This document shows, one piece after another, positions 58,346-64,000 of a stretch of 64,000 nt of DNA; positions within the stretch are counted from its first letter, which is position 1, and each line of letters starts with the position of its first letter. Source of the DNA: Camelus ferus (lineage: Eukaryota); NCBI RefSeq assembly GCF_009834535.1, contig NC_045696.1, forward strand, positions 108,378,001 to 108,442,000, read 5' to 3'. Below the pieces are notes generated by a model. That model ran no database searches. It was not told the DNA's origin and saw only the letters and a program-made list of their open reading frames with translations. The position numbers and the translations under genes were made by a program.

Positions 58346-61079
58346 TGTCAGATACATGGTGCTCAATAAATCTTTCTTATTTTTCTTCTTCTTATCCTCA
58401 TCAAAGTTCATGCAAGCCCAAAGTCACATTCTCTCTGTGTCAGCCACGAGCTGGTCCTGGTCATCGTGTTGCAACAGACCCAGGATCCCCAATAACCTCA
58501 GAGCTGCACGTAGTGACCTCTGCTGTCTATCGGCACCAGCTTCATACAAATTGCACACTCAGCAAAGCATTCTCACTCCCTCTCTTGTAGACTTTCTTCA
58601 TGACTCCAAGGTATCCTGTGCTTCTTAAACCCAAGTTTCCTAATCTACCAAATGGGTGGTTGGACGTGCGAGGAGCTTTCATCCAGATTGGAGGAAAGGG
58701 TTTTTCAGAGGCGCCTGCAAGGAGGAATGATGGAATGATTGGCCCCAAAAGACTGATACGACAGTGGTCCTCATTTTCCATGTCTCTGGAGGACACATAA
58801 GTGGTCCTCAGTAATTTCTTTTGGAACATGAGAGAATGAGTAAGAGGAATCCGCTCCCAAGCTGCCTAGGTGGGCAGCAAGGGATCACTGCCCGGATAAT
58901 ACTCTTAGGACGGGTGTAAGGGGCTGAGCCCTGGCCGATGGGCCCGAGGCAGGTCACTCCCTTCTCAAGGCAGGTAAGACATATAGGGGGTGGACTGTGT
59001 GCTCTCCTCCCTACTTCACATCCCCCCTGGGCCAAAGCTTGGCCTACAGTGAGGGAGGGGAAATCTAAAGTGGCAATCTAGACTGGAAATGAACAGAAAG
59101 CCCAGAATTGTCCAAGATATCCTTGGAAGAGGGGAAGGGGAGATTGGACAAAGCACCACTGGGGATAGAGATTGGCAGAAATCCGCTTCATGTATGTGCC
59201 CTGCAGAGTTCAATCAGCCGGTTACATTTGGGAAGCCAGGTACCGGAGTGGAGTATAGTGTGGCCAGTTGACAGCATGCCCGCTTCTCCGAGTTACTATC
59301 TCACAAAACAGTCCATAGAGTGGAAAGTTTCAGGGCTGCCTTCCTGCCCAAATCAGAATGTCACGCTTGATTGTCTTCACTCCTTCCCTGGAAATGATGT
59401 TGAGGAAGAATCCGATGGAGTCACTGTCTCCTACTTTTCACTAATTTCACCCAGGAAAGCAACTGGCCGGGGCAAGGTAATTACCCCTGGCCTTCCCATC
59501 TGTGCTGGAGATAAAGTCTGGCACTCAGCCACCGGTGCTCCGGTCTGTGCTCCAGGCAAAGGAGCTCCTGTCAAGCAAACTGACACTTCCATTGCTCTCA
59601 TGCCAGTGAGAGGCACCACTTTAATTAAATGGAGTTGCTCAAAACTGTGGCAGAAGAGCTGGGGCTCAGACAGCCTCTTCTCTCCTATGACATCACCCTG
59701 CTCGCGAGCCTCCCTCCACTACTCCTCTGGACTGATCGTCTCGTGGCGGCTGCCGTTCTCCGGCTTACAGACCCTTGGGATGGCTTTCACTTCTGCTCTC
59801 AAAGACCTTTCCAAAAATAAACTGTGAGGCTAAATCTGGTGAGGAGTGGGGGCAGAAAGAGCTTCCCCCATGGAGACTGCCCGTTTGGGAAGAGGGAATT
59901 CTTTCTGTTCCCTCTCCTGTTCACCCCCTCCCCCTGTCTGGTTGTGTATAATAAGAATAGGAAATGTGACCGTCCCATTGAGCTTTGCATCTTGTCTAAG
60001 AGGTACCTAATTTGCTTCTATTCTGTAAACATGGGTCCAACCTGTGGGGAAAATAAGCCAGGTCTCCCAGTAACCCTCTGGCTGTGACATCCACAGAGCC
60101 CCTCCAGGGCAGAGTTGACGAGAAAGCTTGTTTCTTCAGGACCTCGGGGGCCCCAGTCTTGAGCTGCTTCCTTTGCACAATCCTGAGAACAGGAAGCAAC
60201 AGGGAGCGGGGAGGATGGCATGATAGCATTTCCATATAAGTCTGGCAAAGTTCCAGTTGACTGACCCCTCGGGCATCACAGCCAGGCGCTCCTGCTGCAT
60301 CACTGTTCACTGCCCGCTGGAATTAAGACCGGGGCTTTATTGATGTTTGTATTTAGTTGTTTTTTTTTTTTTTTTTTAAAAAAGACGTCTCCTTTTGCTT
60401 GGAAGTAGAGATATCTTTTTTCCCTGTAAACTAGGATATTGTAATTCTGCTCTGGCTTCTTGAAGTTAATCTTTTGTAGGCTGCCATATTTAAAGGAAGG
60501 AGAAAGAAAAACTGAATAAATAATCTCTCCATGCTTGATAGCTAGGTGTCAGAGATGAATAGAGGGGAATAAGGGCCTCTTCCTGGTGACTTATTCTTGG
60601 TATGAAATTTATCAGGACAGAGAGGAAAGCCTTGGAGAGAATGTTTAATCGGAGGAAGTAGTGAACGATGGGCAGACTCATTACATCCACCTTCTGCAGT
60701 GTGATCCTTAGGAACGGAAGAAACAGTGCCTTTGTCCGCCCCTCTTAACGGTTTTTAATTTATCGATGCATTAAAATTCTTTTTAAATAAGTGACAAGTT
60801 CTGAAGTTTTCTTTTTTTTTTTTAATAACTAACTTGACTGAAAGTTGGACTGAGAACGTCATTTTTTTTTTTTCTGGAAATTTTCCCCAGCCTTTGAAGT
60901 ACTCCCAACTATATTCTCCCTTCAGAGAGAAAATGGTTGTTTTGAAAGTTGCCTTTTAAGCAGCAATGCTGTTTTTTCTCTGCTGAGAGCTGCTCTTGTG
61001 CACTTCAAAAGCAGAGCATGTCAGCTTTCTCCACCCTGTTTCTCCCCTTTGAAGTAAGTGTGGGGGCAGCCGCTGTCTC

Positions 61080-61345
61080 TTAATCACACTCTCTGGCATT
61101 TCCATGGCACTTTACAGTTTTCAAAGCTCTTTCACAGCCATTCCCTGATTTGATCCCCGTGACAACCCCTGAGGTGGGCAGAGAGGGTATCTTCATCCCC
61201 ATTTTACAGATGAGATATCTAGGGCTTAGGGAGATGGAGATTTGTCTCGAGGTGACATGACCCCCCAAAATAGAGGAAATTGGAGTGGTGTCGAGCCTTT
61301 GGTGATCAAGCTTTGATGGCTACCTCAGGGCTCTTTCTACCAAAT
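61080..61345 (-). mobile_element. MIR SINE
   Basis: GGCACTTTACAGTTTTCAAAGCTCTTTCACA...ACAACCCCTGAGGTGGGCAG...ATCCCCATTTTACAGATGAG. Confidence 0.75.
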
Positions 61346-61830
61346 TGCACTACCTGACCCGGTTGGCGTTCGGGGGACCAGAGGTTGAAGACTTGGGGTG
61401 ACTGAGATATTTGATGTTGGCTCTGTCTGGCACAGGCGATGTGTGTGCTCCCCAAGGCTTTCTGTGTATAGTTCTGGAGACTATGCTGGAGGTAGACTAG
61501 TAAGACTTCCCCTGGTACAGTGGAGCAAAATCAAGTCAGAAATAAAACTGAACATTGGTAGAGCTTGTCCCCAGCTTCCATGCTCCGTAAATCCCCACAG
61601 CTGTGGCTACTTCTCCCCCAACCTCTGGACTCAGCCCAGGCCTGGCCCTGGGAGCAAGGACGTCAGATGCTCTGGCTCAGAAGATGCTGGTCCGACTAGT
61701 CTATGGTGATGTTGTCTTTCTGTGCCTGAACTTCAGCTCATTTCCAACCCACTCCAGCATATTTCTAATTTTTATCCACAGCTTCATCCCTACGTCAAGG
61801 GTAGAATTTAACTCAGAAGTCAGGCTTCTG

Positions 61831-62726
61831 ACATACATATGTCCAACAGGTACATGAAAACATGCTCAATATCGCTAATTAGAAGAGAAATGCAAGTCAA
61901 AACTGCAGTAAAGTATCACCTCACACCAGTCGGAATGGCCATCACTGAAAAGTCCACAAACGATAAATGCTGGAGACGGTGTGGAGAAAAGGGTAACTTC
62001 CTACACTGTTGGTAGGAATGTAGTTTGGTGCAAATGTTATGGAAAACAGTATGGAGATTCCTCAAAAAACTAAAAATAGACTTACCATATGATCCAGCAA
62101 TACCACTCCTAGCATATATCCAGAGGGAACTTTAATTCAAAAAGATACATGCACCCCAATGTTCATAGCAGCACTGTTTACAATAGCCAAGACATGGAAG
62201 CAACCTATATGTCCATCGACAGATGACTGAATAAAAAAGTTGTGGCATATTTATACAATGGAATACTACTCAACAGTAAAAAAAGAATAAAATAATGTCA
62301 TTTGAAGCAACATGGATGGGACTAGAGATTGCCATTCTAATGAAGTAAGCCACAAAGAGAAAGAAAAGTACCATATGATATCACTTATATGTGGAATCCA
62401 AAAAAAAGACAAATGAACTTATTTACAAAATAATAACAGACTCACAGACATAGAAATCACACCTATGATTGCCAGAGGGAAAGGGGGTGGGAAGGGATAA
62501 ATTGGGAGTCTGAGATTTGTAGATACCACCTACTGTATATAAAGAAGATAAACAACAAGATTTTTCCTGTATAACACAGGCAACTAAATTCAGTATCTTG
62601 TAGTAACTTATAACGAAAAAAATATGAAAACAAATATATGTATGTACTGAAACATTATGCTATATACCAGAAATTGACACAACACTGTAAAATGACTATA
62701 CTTCAATTAAAAAAAGAAAAAAGGAA
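61831..62726 (+). mobile_element. Young lineage-specific L1 3' part (ORF2 end plus 3' UTR), 5'-truncated
   Basis: CAACAGGTACATGAAAACATGCTCAATATCGCTAATT...ACCATATGATCCAGCAATACCACTCCT...AAATGACTATACTTCAATT plus an A tail. TCAGGCTTCTG is repeated at 61820-61830 and 62727-62737. Confidence 0.92.
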
Positions 62727-62829
62727 TCAGGCTTCTGCAGCAAGTTGTCATCTCTTTCACCTGAACATCCAGTAACTGAAACTTTTGGAAATTGCTTTCA
62801 ATGAAGAGACTTCATACTCAAGAGTCTTC

Positions 62830-63400
62830 GTTCATTTCATCAGCTGGTTTGTGCCACAAGCACCAGGTACACAGTAGCTTCTCCTGAGACTTGGTGGAGA
62901 AATGAGTGAATCCAATGCAGAAATGGAATGATGCTTCGGGGTGGGAGTGCCAGGGTGGGCATGGGCCCAAGTCCTGTGGTCAACTCAGTCCAGAACTGGA
63001 AGTCAGAGAAGGCCTCTCAGGGAAGCCAGCCTGATCTGGCTCCTGAAATGTGCGTAGATGGAAGCCAGGCAAGGAAGGCTTGGGAAAGGGCAAAGGGAGG
63101 GAGTAGTCAGAGAGGACATTCTGGAAGGATGAAGCAGTATAGAGAAATGCCAGTGAGTGAGGGGAGGGTGCACTGGGGGCTAAAAGTAGCTCTGTGTGAC
63201 TAGAGCAGAGAGGTTGGGGAAGAAGAGAGAGGTAATACGTGAGTCCAGAGTGTGAGGGCTTAGTCATAAAAGAACACATTAAGAATCTTGGACTTTATCC
63301 CAAAGTCAATATGCAGCTTTAATAAGGGTCTTTAAGCAGGATAATGTCATGCTCAGATTCCCATTTTAGAAAGATCATTCTAGTCGCAGTCTAGAGAATC
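62830..63400 (-). mobile_element. L2 3' fragment
   Basis: TTAAGAATCTTGGACTTTATCCCAAAG...TTTAAGCAGGATAATGTCATGCTCAGATT...TTTTAGAAAGATCATTCT. Confidence 0.65.
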
Positions 63401-64000
63401 CAGCACAGACACACAGAGACCCAGCCCTTCCCAAAGGCCAGCTCAAGACATAGGCAATTTGAAAGGGGCAGTGAGAAGAGCAAGCTAGTTTCTCATTTTC
63501 CTGGATCCCCTAAGCTCTGTACTCTTATCTAGCAAGGTCATCAGAAACCAAAATGCTTGTCCTGTGCTGTTTTAGTCCCCCCACAGACATGCATGGCAGA
63601 GCTGAAATTTAATGATATTTCCTGAATACAAGAACCATCCATCTGGAAAAATATGCTGTGTTTTTTGTCAAACTGAAGTTAAAGACATTGTCCATCAAGT
63701 AATCAATAACCTTTATTTGAGGTGCCACCTTTTTGTTTTATTTTATTTTATTTATTTTATTTTTTCTCAAGTCTTTCTTCTATTGAATGAAAGATTCTTT
63801 AAATTCTATAGTGCTTTACAATTTGCAAAAGTTTCACACACATGATTTCATGTACTCCCATAACAATCCTCTCTTTCGAAGCCTCCCTTTTAGAACTTTG
63901 TTCTATTCAGCATCAGGAAAAACATTCAACACGCCTCACTTATATGTAATATGGGGTCGTGTAATTACCTTTCTGGGCTGTTGGGAAGCTCAACTGTGAC

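Noticed and set aside
1..64000. Prokaryotic or viral systems, rRNA, snRNA or processed protein pseudogenes
   Set aside because: I recognised no operon-like ORF density, no retroviral gag/pol/env frames, no structural-RNA gene and no mRNA-derived retrocopy.

Overview
This is mammalian genomic DNA, most likely camelid (camel, alpaca or llama). It carries three tRNA-Ala-derived SINEs of the Vic-1 type and young L1 3' ends of cetartiodactyl type, and I saw no Alu, Bov-A/B, CHR or PRE1 elements. I recognise no protein-coding gene in the 64 kb. The ORF track consists of chance ORFs and decayed transposon frames. About half the window is interspersed repeat: L1, L2, MIR, MaLR/ERVL/ERV1 LTRs, a near full-length Tigger1, MER5A, MER53 and a hAT-Charlie fragment. 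The unique sequence holds one CpG-island-like segment (about 41.8-42.8 kb), several motif-dense blocks that look like enhancers, and a few splice-site pairs that could be lncRNA exons or pseudo-exons. The picture fits an intergenic regulatory region or a very large intron. I found no convincing novel biological system. Repeat family names come from my recollection of consensus sequences, not from a search. Boundaries without a TSD are approximate to tens of bases.
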